Assembly: GCF_001194135.2 (NCBI RefSeq)
Contig: NC_068990.1
Span: 89,288,725 to 89,336,685 of the forward strand
Length of the DNA stretch: 47,961 bases
DNA from: Octopus bimaculoides
Lineage: Eukaryota
Reading direction: 5' to 3'
Shown here: in pieces, positions 10,773 through 22,639 of the stretch
Numbering within the stretch: position 1 is the stretch's first letter
Layout of the letters: each line of letters opens with the position of its first letter
Position numbers and translations under genes: made by a program
Notes under the pieces: generated by a model
Database searches by the model: none
Told to the model about the DNA's origin: nothing
Seen by the model: only the letters and a program-made list of their open reading frames with translations

Positions 10773-13510
10773 CAAAAGGGGTGTATGTAAAATGTCATTC
10801 TACTGAAAGGGGTCACTGAGCTACAAAAGGCTGAGAATCATAGGTCTAAAATCTAATTCTGGGCTGGAGATGAAGATTAAATTTCTATGTGCTTAATAGA
10901 ACTGCAGAAATTGTAGATAGTGACCCGCCCTACTCAATTGTGGAGAGCATGAAAGTAAAGTGAGTTACCCTACTTATCGGGTTTGTGACATGAAATAAAT
11001 CCTAAAACCGTGATAAACTTTTCCTTTCTGTAATAGTATAACAACTTTTTTCAAGTTTATGAAAGTTTGCAATTCAACGTGAAAATACCAAAAATAACTT
11101 ATTTATGACTAATTATTGAATGAATGACTTGAGTAAATAGCAACACTGAATGGTTGATAGGGTGCCAGATAACTAGTCAGTGATTCATCTCCTATCACTG
11201 GTATTGTGTCTGTAACCAAGATACTGTACTACCAAATAACTCAATCGGCTCTAAATAGGTACTGCATGGTAAGCAGCAACAAAATTGTAAAATTGTTAGA
11301 GATAGATGGAGTCAAGTAGCATGAGAGAACATTGAGCCTGACATATGTTTCATTAGCTTACACTGCTAAATTCATTTCTGCCTCTAGGTATAGCTTTGCA
11401 ACAGATGTGCTCCTTCAGGTCCTAGATTCACTACTTCATAGATTATCTTTAGAGATTCTCCCATTACTTAAAGTAGTGATTTCTAACCTGTGTGCTGTGA
11501 AGTTGTCAGGTCAGAATATTTTATCTCATTTCCCAATTAAAAGTAAGCATTCATTACATTTGTTTTTACTGTATAATGAATGTCTAACTATAGGAGAAAT
11601 ACGTTTGTAGCGTTTTGTCTTATTTTTAGTAAAGCAAATATGTTGCCACCTTTTAAAGCTTGGGAATCACTGACCTAATGGCTTATAGGACTCCTCACCA
11701 GATAATGGCTGGACTTTGAATTGAGGATCTTTTGCTAGCATTAAGTAGAATATGAGTGGTTTCAGGACTCTTTACCCAAATGCACTGTAAATCTCAGGGT
11801 TCTAAAACTCTTGTTTAAGAGTTGAATATTCATGATAATTAGCATCCCTGTACATTGGAGAAAGTGTTGCACATTCTACATTGTACTGTTGCTAAGGTTA
11901 CTGTGTCAACAACAACTTCACTTTTCTCTGTCCTCAAACTATACTGAAATACCATTTTTAAAGCCAGGAAATGTTATCAGGTAAGGATGGGGAGAATTAA
12001 AGGGTGTGGTTGTAGTTATAAGGATAGTACTGTGTGTTTAAAAACTGGAAGATTTTTTTCAGCTCTTCTCTCTAATTTCTGAAAAGGGAGATTATTATTT
12101 AAAAGATGGAAAAAAAGATCCTATAACTCATTTGAGGAACTTGGCCTTTTTTTTTTGTTTCAATGCAGGTTCAAGAAATAGGTTGATATTTTTAGGGTAG
12201 GGGTGGGGTGGAATTAAGGATGGAGATAAGGTGGTGGCAGTGGTAATGGCAGCAGGCAAGACCAGGTTTGAAATCAAAAATGAAAACAATGTTGGGTAGA
12301 GAGGGAGTACAGTTATATAATAAGCAGCAGACATAACCATGTGGCAGGGCCTGAAGGAATTTATTGGCATCATCTCAAAACAAGAAAAGAAAATTTTGAT
12401 GGTTTGGTTCTGAAACTAGTCAAGATCTAAATAAAATAGACCAACTGTCATAGTGCCCCATCTAGCTCATAAGTGTATGAAAGATGAACATGATGGCTAT
12501 GATGATGATGATGATGATAGTGACTATGTGGCATTTGAAATTGAGGATAGTTCTTTCAAATTAACGAGTAATCGTAAATGACATTTGTGTAGTTAGGTTG
12601 CAAAGATTGTGTGTGTGTGTGTCTGTGTCTGGAAGAGGAGTGGTAGGAGAGAATATAACAGATATTCTATTGTATCTTTACCATTCAATGGCTGTAAGTT
12701 GAGGAGGCCGTTGGATGCCATAACTTGTTTGGAAACATTATTACCTCTTCCTTCCCCTTGGTTAAATATTTTTTTGGTCTATTTAATGTATTTTTATCAT
12801 ATTTTAGCCTAGTGCTATCATTCACCCTTTCAACTAATATCTGTTTACATGAACTTCAATATCTCCCAAGATCTTCTGCTGTTTTGACTAATTCTTCATT
12901 GTGGCCAACTTGCCTGATATTTCATTATTTCTTCGTTTCTTTGATGGTTATTGCTACTTTTGCTGAATAATATATATTCCATCTAATCTTTTCTTGCAAT
13001 TTTCCAGAATTAAAAAAGAAATGTTTTTGTTATTTTATACGTAAATGTGTGTGAGAGTGTGCGTGTGTAATGTATAATGTGTGAGTGTGATTTTAAAAAT
13101 TAATCTTTATTTTCATGCAACTTTTATCTGTTTGGAATAGTTCCAGTTAATATGAAGAATTCATGTATATCTTCTTTATACATTGCCATTTACTTCTGTC
13201 CGTTTTATATTTTCTGGCAAAACTAGCTTTGCTACTGAACCAGCAACTTCCTTGTGGAACATTTTTTTTCCTGTCCATATTTTCCCTCTAACCACCAGTT
13301 TACAAGTCAAATGTAGTAATAATGAGGCACAGTGCTTTCAAGGATCGTTTATTGGATTACTAATCACAAGTGTTTTTACTTCTATAGCCATTGTGTTGTG
13401 TCTGTCAGCAAAGCTCTTAATTCTGCTTGCACCAGCTTACCTGAATAAGCTCTGTCCTTCTTTACAGTTAACTGGTAACTATAACAAGTAAACCCATGCA
13501 AAAAATATTA

Positions 13511-13905
13511 AGTGGCTATGTGGTTAAGAAGTACGCTTTCCAGTCACATGGTTTAGTCCCACTGTTTGGCACCTTAGCCAAGTATCTTCTGTTATGGTCC
13601 CCACTGACCAAAGCCTTATGAGTAGACTTGGTACGTGGAAACTGAAAGAAGCCCCATTGTATATATGTGTGTGTATGTTTGTGTCTCCTTGTCTTGGCAT
13701 TGCATGATTGTTGTAAATGAGTGTCATGGACATACAAGCTGTGTCATTCATTTCCAGTATTTTGTGAAAACATTGAAAAATATTACCTAGCTTGGAAAAA
13801 ATTGAGTTAGCAAGAAGGAGGGCATTTGGCTACAGAAAATCTACCTCAGTAAACTCTGTCTATCTCCTGCAAGCAAAGACAAGTGGATGCTAAAACAATG
13901 ATGAT
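13511..13905 (+). mobile_element. Near full-length tRNA-head SINE with RTE-like tail
   Basis: gtggctatgtggttaagaag head, ggaaactgaaagaagccc core, gaaaatctacctcagtaaactc...aaaacaatgatgat tail. Confidence 0.7.
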
Positions 13906-13916
13906 ATATGTATGAA

Positions 13917-14010
13917 GGCACGTAGCCTTGTGGTTAGAGTGTTGGGCTTATGACCATAAGTTTGTAGGTTTGATTCCTGAACTGATGTTGCAGTGTGTCC
14001 TTGTAAGGGT
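13917..14010 (+). mobile_element. tRNA-derived SINE head (degenerate)
   Basis: ggcacgtagccttgtggttagagtgttgggct...gtaggtttgattcct, A- and B-box-like motifs. Confidence 0.45.
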
Positions 14011-14811
14011 CTTTATTTCACATTGCTCCTGTCTAATCAACTGAAAATGTGTAGCAGCCTAATACTGGTGCAGCTACCTCTCCTTCCAGCTGTCTTATCC
14101 TCAATATTCTCCTAGATTAAGTATGAGAGTGCTGAGCAAGCATCTATATATATATCTGCTTGCAACTACAGAGGCACCTACAACTAATGAAAGCACGGTA
14201 CCAGTTATTATATCATAAGTGATAGCTAATCTATGGATAGATATTATACATGGCTGTGATTAAGATGTTTGTTTTATAACCTCATGGTTCCGTGTTCAAT
14301 TTCAATGTGTAGCACTTGATGTGTCTTCTATTGTGGTCTCAAGTGATCAATATTCATACAAGTGGAATTTGGACAAAAAACTAGAAGGCTGTTCTACATG
14401 TTCTCTTTGTGTCCCTTTGTGTCCCGTGAGCAAGCCACGGGGTAAATTGGGTTGGCTAAAACAAGTACTGGGGATGATAATAATTAATTAAACACTTGAA
14501 GGCAGCTGCCCAGCATACCTGCGTGTCAGTGAATGAAACCATTAAAAAAAATAGAGAGACAGAGAGGTTGTAATCTGAGGTAATGAAAGAGGGAACTGAC
14601 AGTAAATGTAATGACCTTGTACTTTTCAGTTACTCTTTCTATAGTTATTGAGTTCACTTATTTTTGGTGTTATGCATGCACAACATGCAAAGCCTATTCG
14701 TGTATAATGTGTGTGGTTAATTTGGTTAAACTTTTTAGTTAAGAGAAGAAATTGATATATCAGCTCATGCTACTTGGAAAATGTTGTTTCAGCTGTTTAA
14801 ATTTTTAAACC

Positions 14812-15025
14812 TTTTGGACTAAATTCATATCTACTCAACAGTACCCGAATTGTTCAAAGAAGGCAATACAAATCTGGCTTCCATTTGGTTCAACATTTTT
14901 GTGTGAAACAGGCTTTTCTGCTTTAGCAAGTATATAATGAAATACAGAAGTTGTCTACAGGCAGAAGATGACATGCCTTGCCTTGACAAGCATTCACTCT
15001 AGAATCGATGAGCTTTGTCAATGAA
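14812..15025 (+). mobile_element. hAT transposase C-terminal remnant (Charlie/Buster/ZBED5-like dimerisation domain), pseudogenised
   Basis: FWTKFISTQQYPNCSKKAIQIWLPFGSTFLCETGFSALASI*, then frameshifted MKYRSCLQAEDDM and LALTSIHSRIDELCQ; matches the LPF.STYLCE.GFS...KTKYR.RL..EDD.RLAL hATC signature. Confidence 0.82.
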
Positions 15026-15669
15026 CATAACATTATCGTAGGTTATATTTCTATGTGCATTTTACTTCCACTTAATCTACATGTACAGTACTTCCAATTT
15101 TTTAAACTTGTCCAACAATGTGGTGAAGAAAGAATTATAAAGATGCTAGTTGTATTTTGCCTTTTTCATTAAAATGGTAGTAGTGGTGGTAGTTGGCATT
15201 AATTCTTGTGTGTCTGTGTCTGGCTGTGATATTTGTCAGTTTGGGAACCACTGAATTAAAAATAACCAAAGAAAAACATCAAGAGTCTGAGCAAAACTAG
15301 TGTCAGTCTGTGTCAACAGAAATAGTTGATATAATTTGTAAGATTGTGTGCTTTGAGAATACTTACAATGGCTAATTCTGAGCTTCAAAGAAGAGCCTTC
15401 CTTGACACATTGGAATTCAACTCTGCTCTCAGCACACAAACTTATCCTATTTTATAAATTGCATCCAAATATCTGTTGAGGTATTAGGTCAGCTTTTCAT
15501 CATTAAATTTAGATAATTTGAAGTGTGTGTGTGTGTGTGTGTGTTAATCAAGGTAATATTGGAGACTTGATGCATGTGAGATTAAAGCATTAACTACTGA
15601 CTGGTGTCATTGAGTAGAACACCATTTACTTCACTTTACATGGCTGATAAAAGAAGTTCTTACCTCATA

Positions 15670-15850
15670 TTTGTTGTTGTTTAGCCCCGGGTCTAGCAGA
15701 CTTACGATCAAAGATATTTTTATTGTGACCATCCTGTCTTTTTGTATATCAAGGACTACATTGTCCAATGTGACCTTATTTTTTACTAAAGTGTGCAATT
15801 TGAAGGAGATTTGGTTACCATTTCTTGCACAATGAACTCCTTCACTGGCT
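15670..15850 (+). mobile_element. Interspersed repeat, same family as 5345..5555
   Basis: ttgttgttgtttagccccgggtc...gtgaccatcctgtctttt...tttgaaggagatttggttaccatttcttgca. Confidence 0.45.
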
Positions 15851-16850
15851 CGTCTTGATTTCTTTGGAGGTGTTCATGGGAGAGACATCAGATAGAGGTC
15901 AGAGAATAGGGATTTCCGGGACAGGTGGTGGGGGTGGGAAGGGCAGGCACACTGCGAAACTGCAAAAACTGCCGATGTGAGAAAATATTAATGATAATAG
16001 TGAGATAGAATTGGGGATTTGAATTCTTACCTAAAACTATAACCAACAGTTACGTAGCCTAAAAATATTTTTAGATTCGGTGTATCTTGGATTATAGATC
16101 CAATGTACTCTTCTTTATTTTATGTGACAAGTTGCGATTTGAAGGAATTTTAGCTCCTGTTTCTAACAAGACAGGCAATTGTATAGAGACACCCTCATTG
16201 GTTAGCTTATTTCATGGTTGAGTGGGTTAAACCTTACATTGCTCAAACTAGGATAGAAAAGTAGGTGCAAGACATTAAGTAATTGTTTCTAACATTGGTA
16301 CAAAGCCATAAATTTTAGGAAGCGGTTAATCAATAATATTGATTCCAATATTTTGACTATTAGTTTATCAGCCCTGGAGAGATGAAAGACAAAATTGACC
16401 TCGGGATTTGAAATCAAATATAAAAAGCCAGAACAAACACAGCAGGACAGTTAGTTCAATGCTCCAACAATTCTACCATTTCCTCAATTTCACCACCATA
16501 TAAACAACAATGACAATGAGAATGAAGATAAACAGCCACGATAGTGATGCTAGCTTGCTAGTATTTATATATATAACTGAAAATACAGATCTTCTCACCA
16601 CTTTTTCTTGTATGTATAATGTAGGTATATATATATATATATTAGACTCGACCGCTGAAATCTATAAGTTTTGTTCATTCTCTCTCTCATTATTTTCTCT
16701 TATTCCTTTCTGTTGAAGAGCGTAGGCTCAAAATATAAAAGATTTTTTCATCTTCCTGAGCATCAAGCTAATACACTTTGCTTGTTGTTCACGCACCTGT
16801 CTTTGCCTTTAGTTTTTCTCCAAATTTCAACTTTTTTATATATATATATA

Positions 16851-17069
16851 GTTTTAGGGAAAATAACCAAGTTTCAAGAACTCATCGATGAAATTCCACT
16901 ATCACATATAGAAAAATTAATAATTAAAAGCACATATTATATTTATATTATGATATTTAATTTACTTTATATTATACTCATTTATTGTGCTTTTAATTAT
17001 TAATTTTTCTATATGTGATAGTGGATTTTCATCGATGAGTTCTTGAAACTTGGTTATTTTCCCTAAAAC
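16851..17069. mobile_element. Hairpin (MITE-like) element: 84-bp inverted arms, 51-bp AT-rich spacer, between (TA)n tracts
   Basis: 16851..16934 and 16986..17069 are reverse complements with one mismatch; tatata flanks on both sides. Confidence 0.75.
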
Positions 17070-17187
17070 TATATATTTTATCTATAAAGCTCAATTTAAT
17101 TTTAATTTTTTATAAATTGATTTTAATTGAGTTTTTACCTGTAATTTTGGATTTTGTCCCTAATATTATTATATATATATATATACA

Positions 17188-18016
17188 CAGGGTGTCCCAA
17201 AAGGCACTGATGTATTTCAGTTTTTAATGACTTCCTTAACTTTACAAATAAATGTATGAAATTTTGGTACAATATAAAGGACATAATGGAAATTAATATG
17301 CATGAGTCAAATTTTGCAACACCACTACGCCACATATGAAAAATGACATCGTTTAAATGGCACCCATTTTCGGCTTCGCATGCCCATGCTCCTTCCAAAA
17401 CTTGCACCCTAACACCCTCAAGAGTTTCAGACCTCACTTCTCCGATTACTCTAATGATGTTCTCCTTCAGTTGCACCAGGGTCTCCGGTTTGTTGACGTA
17501 AGCCCTCTCTTTCAGGTATCCCCACAAGAGAATCTGGGCATTGCTGAAGCAGGAGATTCTTCTCTCTCCAAAGCACTGCCGTAGCAACTGCATTGTTTCT
17601 CTTTCGGTATGAGCAGTTATACCATCTTGCTGGAACCATGTGTGAAGTCTACTTTGAATGGTTCCCCAGACTTGACTAGCCCAGATTTTTTCTTGTGGGG
17701 ATACCTGAAAGAGAGGGTTTACGTCAACAAACCGGAGAGCCTGGTGCAACTGAAGGAACATCAATACAGAAACCAGAGAAGTGGGGTCTGAAATTCTTGA
17801 GGGTGTTAGGGTGCAAGTTTTGGAAGGAGCATGGGCATGCAAAGCAGAAAATAGCTGCCATTTTTCGTATGTGATGTAGTGGTGTTGTAGAATTTGACTT
17901 GTGCATATTAGTTTCCATTATGTCCTTTATATTGGATCAAAATTTCATGCAATTATTTGTAAAGTTAAGGAAGTTATCAAAAATTAAAACCCATCAGTGA
18001 CTTTTGGGACACCCTA
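17188..18016. mobile_element. Tc1/mariner-superfamily derived foldback element built from two inverted transposon 3' ends
   Basis: Terminal cagggtgtcccaaaag / cttttgggacaccct in TA-rich flanks. Minus strand encodes WFQQDGITAHT...LWGYLKERAYVNKPETLVQLKENI...NGCHLNDVIF; plus strand from 17661 encodes SPDLTSPDFFLWGYLKERVYVNKPESLVQLKE. Confidence 0.9.
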
Positions 18017-19077
18017 CATATATATATATTTATATATTGTAAGCTTCACAGACATGAGGGCACCTGTTGGAGAGGAAAACGAGAAACTTCTGAAATTAGT
18101 TTGTAGTCCAATCCTTGGTCTATGCACACACACACACAATGTATATTATTGTAATGTGGCTGGCAGAAAAGTGTCTCGAGGCAATGTTTCTACTGGTAAT
18201 AATAATAATTAAAATTTTGAAAATTAAATGCTTGTAAATCCATACAAAGTGCTTTGATCAGAATTTGATTCAGAAATATTGGGATTAGCTATGGAAAGAT
18301 TTTACTATTTGTACACTTTCTCTCTCTCTATATATATATCTCTCCCTTCTCTATTATTGTGTGTGTTTGTGTGTCTGTCTGTCAGAGAGAGAGAGAGAGA
18401 GAGAGAGAGTAAGAGGGAGATTTCTTGTGCTCATACAAAATGACTGAATCCATAAAAAAACAAACAAAAGGGTATTATCAATGATTGTTCTCTAAATGCC
18501 CTTCCTAACACACTAACCTACCCCTCAGTTGAGTTGGTAGCTATATTGTTTACACCTAGATTGACTGATACAGCGTAAAGTAAGTTAGCTAGGGGCACAG
18601 AGTGATGGTGATGAAGTCTGATCGTTTAATTGGTCTCGTTAACTAATAATTATCTCTCTTATCAGAAGATTCTATTAAATGTTATGTTTTAGAAAATATA
18701 GATTTTCAAAAGATGGTAAGATAATTGTAATTATAACCATTGATTTTTTCCCTTTTAGTCTTTAGGTAATTTCATCTCTCTAATAACACACACGCATACA
18801 CACATACACTAATTGTCCTATAAGCACAACAAATTTTAAGATTAATATATATTTTAAATAATGCCTTACTTATTATCTCTCTTTCTTTCCCTCCCCTCTC
18901 TTCCTCTGTGTGTGTGTGTGTGTGCGCTCGCATGTGCAAACACATATATCAATATCAAGATTGTGAGTCGTTAGAGCATTGGGTAGCTTCCTATGCTGTA
19001 TTCATTCTGGCTTCTTGCATCCTGAGTTTAAATCCCACTGGAACCAACTTACTTTGTGTGTGTGTGTGTGTGTGTGT

Positions 19078-19205
19078 NNNNNNNNNNNNNNNNNNNNNNN
19101 NNNNNNNNNNNNNNNNNNNNNNNNNNNNNNNNNNNNNNNNNNNNNNNNNNNNNNNNNNNNNNNNNNNNNNNNNNNNNNNNNNNNNNNNNNNNNNNNNNNN
19201 NNNNN
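19078..19205. other. Assembly gap between (TG)n and (TA)n/(CA)n microsatellites
   Basis: N run. Confidence 0.98.
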
Positions 19206-19238
<33 letters not shown>

Positions 19239-19360
19239 CACACACACACACACACACACAGATGTTAATGTATGTATTTGTATACATATATAGAGAAGGA
19301 AAGAGAGATATGTAAATGTGTATATATGTATGTATGTATCTATTTCTATATATAAAAGAC

Positions 19361-19746
19361 GTAGGTGTGGCCGTGTGGTAAGAAGCTTGCTTCCCAACCA
19401 TATGGTTCTGTGTCCAGTCCCACTGTATGGCACCATGGGCAAGTGTCTTCTACTATAGCCTCGGGCTGACCAAAGCATTGTGAGTAGATTTGGTAGATGG
19501 AAACTGAAAGAAGCCTGCCGTATATATATGTATATGTTTGTGTGTTTGTTCTCCCAGCATCACTTGACAACCACTCTTGGTATGTTTACATCCCTGTAAC
19601 TTAGCAGTTCAGCAGAAAGAGACCAATAGAATAAGTACTAAGCTTACAAAGAATAAGTCCTGGGGTTGATTTGTTCGACTAAAAAGGGCTGTGCTCCAGC
19701 ATGGCTGCAGTCAAATGACTGAAACAAGTAAAAGAATAAAAGAATA
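19361..19746 (+). mobile_element. Full-length tRNA-head SINE
   Basis: Head ggtgtggccgtgtggtaagaagcttgcttcccaacc...cagtcccactg, core ggaaactgaaagaagcc, tail gtgctccagcatggctgcagtcaaatgactgaaacaagtaaaagaataaaagaata; several partial copies elsewhere in the window. Confidence 0.85.
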
Positions 19747-19865
19747 TAGATGTATATATGTATGTATATATACCTATATTTGTGTGTGTGTGTATCGTTA
19801 GTAGAAATACATAAATCTGGGGGAGGAGCACACACTAAGATGTAGAGCAGTTAATATTATAAAGG

Positions 19866-20025
19866 GGGCTGGTTTATGGGGTCACCCTGGGTTTCTCGTT
19901 CATAAGGAGTTTAAGCCTTACAGCGTGAAGAGGTCTTAAGTCAGCAGTGTTTGGGGTCTGAAGATATGCTGTAAGGCTAAACCCCTTATGAGCGAGAAAC
20001 CCAAGGTTACCCCATAAACCAGCCC
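19866..20025. repeat. Inverted repeat, 59/58-bp arms with 43-bp loop
   Basis: 19866..19924 vs reverse complement of 19968..20025: 4 mismatches and 1 indel. Confidence 0.88.
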
Positions 20026-20552
20026 AACATTTAGCAATGGTTTCTCCCATTGTGTTGATGTACCACTTTCTATCATTAATAAAACTGTCAGCATTTTTGA
20101 TAACATGGGTATACTAGTTCTATATAATAATAGCTGAGTATTAGAGGCATTAACCAAAGAATACAAAAGTAAGCACACTAGTATGGACATGCAATAAAGA
20201 ATGAATGACAAGTGTTGTGCTGATTGTAGAAAATAGCCATGGTGATAGGAGGCCAACAGATGTCACAGAATTGTGATGGCTTTACTATTCTGTATAGACC
20301 TTCATAAGCCATTCTAGTATGTTGGTGATGATGGTATATTTATTACAGCCGTAACTTGTCATCTCTTATGTGAGTCAAGCATCTTGTGACTTAGAATATT
20401 CCATGTCTCTCTCTTAATCTTTCTTTGTCAAGAGTAGAATTTCACTGACAGCATATACCAATGTTTTTTCATTCAATATTCATTGTCAATTCATAGCACA
20501 TGTCCACACCAGTGCAATTACCTCTTCTGCCTATATCAGTATCTTCAATACT

Positions 20553-20554
<2 letters not shown>

Positions 20555-20610
<56 letters not shown>
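20555..20610. repeat. (TC)n microsatellite
   Basis: Direct read. Confidence 0.97.
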
Positions 20611-20614
<4 letters not shown>

Positions 20615-22639
20615 TCCACTTCTCATGTACTTTAACATTCCACAACCAATAGAGTCTGTTCATCTCGTTTATCCCCATAAACATTCTCAAGTCTTTTACT
20701 ATGATACTTAATACACCTACCTTTTATATGGAAAACCTTTTTGTTGGCATTTGAAATTCCCTGAATTTCCTCAATCTAGCAACTCGATCTTCATTACAGC
20801 CACCTCCACCACTAATTACACCTCTCTCCCAGGTAATGAATAGGAAATAAACTGACTCAAATGTGTAAATATACACATAAAGATAGAGGTAATAGCCCAG
20901 AACATTCATAACTACTTTATTGATATATCTCCTTGCATTATGTCATTAAAGTCAGTTCCCCTTTCTCTTTTTCCTGATTTTTAAAAATATTTCTAAACCT
21001 AGACCATTAAACATATCAGCACAAATGAAATATTGATCCCTTCTTATTTTATGTGTTTGTAATGTTATTGGGTTGACCCTGTTAGCTCTACTCTGTCCAA
21101 CTTAGGTAACAGAAATTTCCTATCAAATACTTGCAATGAGTCATTTGACGTGCTGTACCTTAGATGTGCCATGTTTCGGTTTCATTGGTTAAGTGATGAG
21201 ATGAATGGTAGCTGTTATGCTGAGTTTGTCCGTGTTCTGCCATCCAGTCTGACCATGTGGTGGTGACTGTGATAAAAGTTAGTTGGACTCTTCGATGTGG
21301 TGAGTCAGCGTAAACATTTTGTTTGGGAAGGGGCTGCACATTGGGCTTCACTTTGTCTCAATTCATTGCCATTTAGGTCTCAATAAATTCCTTAAATATA
21401 TTTAGATTTTTTATTTTCTTATGACATTGCCAAAATTCTCTGTAAGCAGCATAGAATAACAAAGAACAGTCTCAGAAAACCAAGCCAGTGACCCACTTAC
21501 AAGTTTTGGTTCTTTCAGTTTCATGTATATTGCTAATGTTCTTAGGGAGATAAAAAAAAACAACAACAAAACTTGAACATTGCAACATTCCATTTTTTGT
21601 CTCATGTAAATTTGTGACATTGCTTTTCAAATGTAAAAGGAATTGCAATATTGCCCTTAATGAAATAATTAGAAAGTTTGTTTATTTTATATCTAACCTT
21701 TACCTGCAAATTACTATACCTTTAATATCTCACTGTTCATTCTCACTGTATTCTACCTTGAGCAAGTATCCATTACTAAAGATTGAAGTTGACTAAAGCC
21801 TAGTGAGTGAATTTTGGCTGACAGAAATTGTATGCAAGGGTGTTGGAGACACCTGTTCTTGGACTTAATTGACCACTGTTATATGACCCTTGGATTTCTA
21901 CTCTATTGCAAGCAGTCAGACTAATTCGCCAACACATGGTTGACCTCTCCCCTTCCTCCCACTAGTTTGGGTTGCTCTGAGAAAGGTCATGGGCACCACT
22001 CTTCCTATCGTGACTAAGCCATTAATTTCTGATTCTGCAAAGTTTGTACTATACTTATTCAAACCCATTTCATGGATAGTCAAGCTGAACTGCATGACCT
22101 TGCTAAATTGGGAGGGTCAACAAGATTCACTCTTGCCCAAGTAATATATATCATTTTGTTTGTTATGTCATTTTCTCCATGTTGGTCTGAATTGGAAGGA
22201 ACTTGTTGAGATAATATTCTACAGTTGGATGTCCTTCCTGACACCAAACCTAGTTTTGTATGTAAGTTACTTTAGTACTTAACACAAACTACTAGTTGCC
22301 AGACTTTAGTTTATGCGATCTCTGCAAAGGCATGGACACAGACGCATGCATGCGCGCACGCACACATACACACACACACACATAACTTGATTTTAAGTCT
22401 GCTTTTCATACTGGCATAGGTTGGATGAGTTACTGTGACAGTGGAAGTCAGTTCTTATTCCAAGTTGCTGCTTTGTTAGGTGTGTTCAGGGGACAGTATC
22501 TTACTCATATATTTCATATTGGTTTGTGATTTCTATCAGTGAATGTCCTTCCTAACATCAACCACTTTACAGACACAGATTCTTTTTACTTTGAGTACTT
22601 GGCACTTTATGCAGCTGTCATACTCATACCCATCACATG

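Noticed and set aside
16713-16760. ttgaagagcgtaggctcaaaat, resembling a CpG-decayed hammerhead core (CUGANGA...GAAAC) of Penelope-like repeats
   Set aside because: GAAA core is absent in this copy and I could not build stems I and III on either strand.
17135-17842. 235-aa minus-strand ORF
   Set aside because: Chimeric read-through across the foldback element: the first part is antisense transposase, the catalytic region is deleted; not a gene.
18908-19478. Several ORFs of 68-158 aa
   Set aside because: Made of N gap plus TG/TA/CA microsatellite and SINE sequence.
21165-21298. AG...GTGAGT-bounded exon-like segment
   Set aside because: All three plus-strand frames contain stops and the acceptor lacks a polypyrimidine tract.
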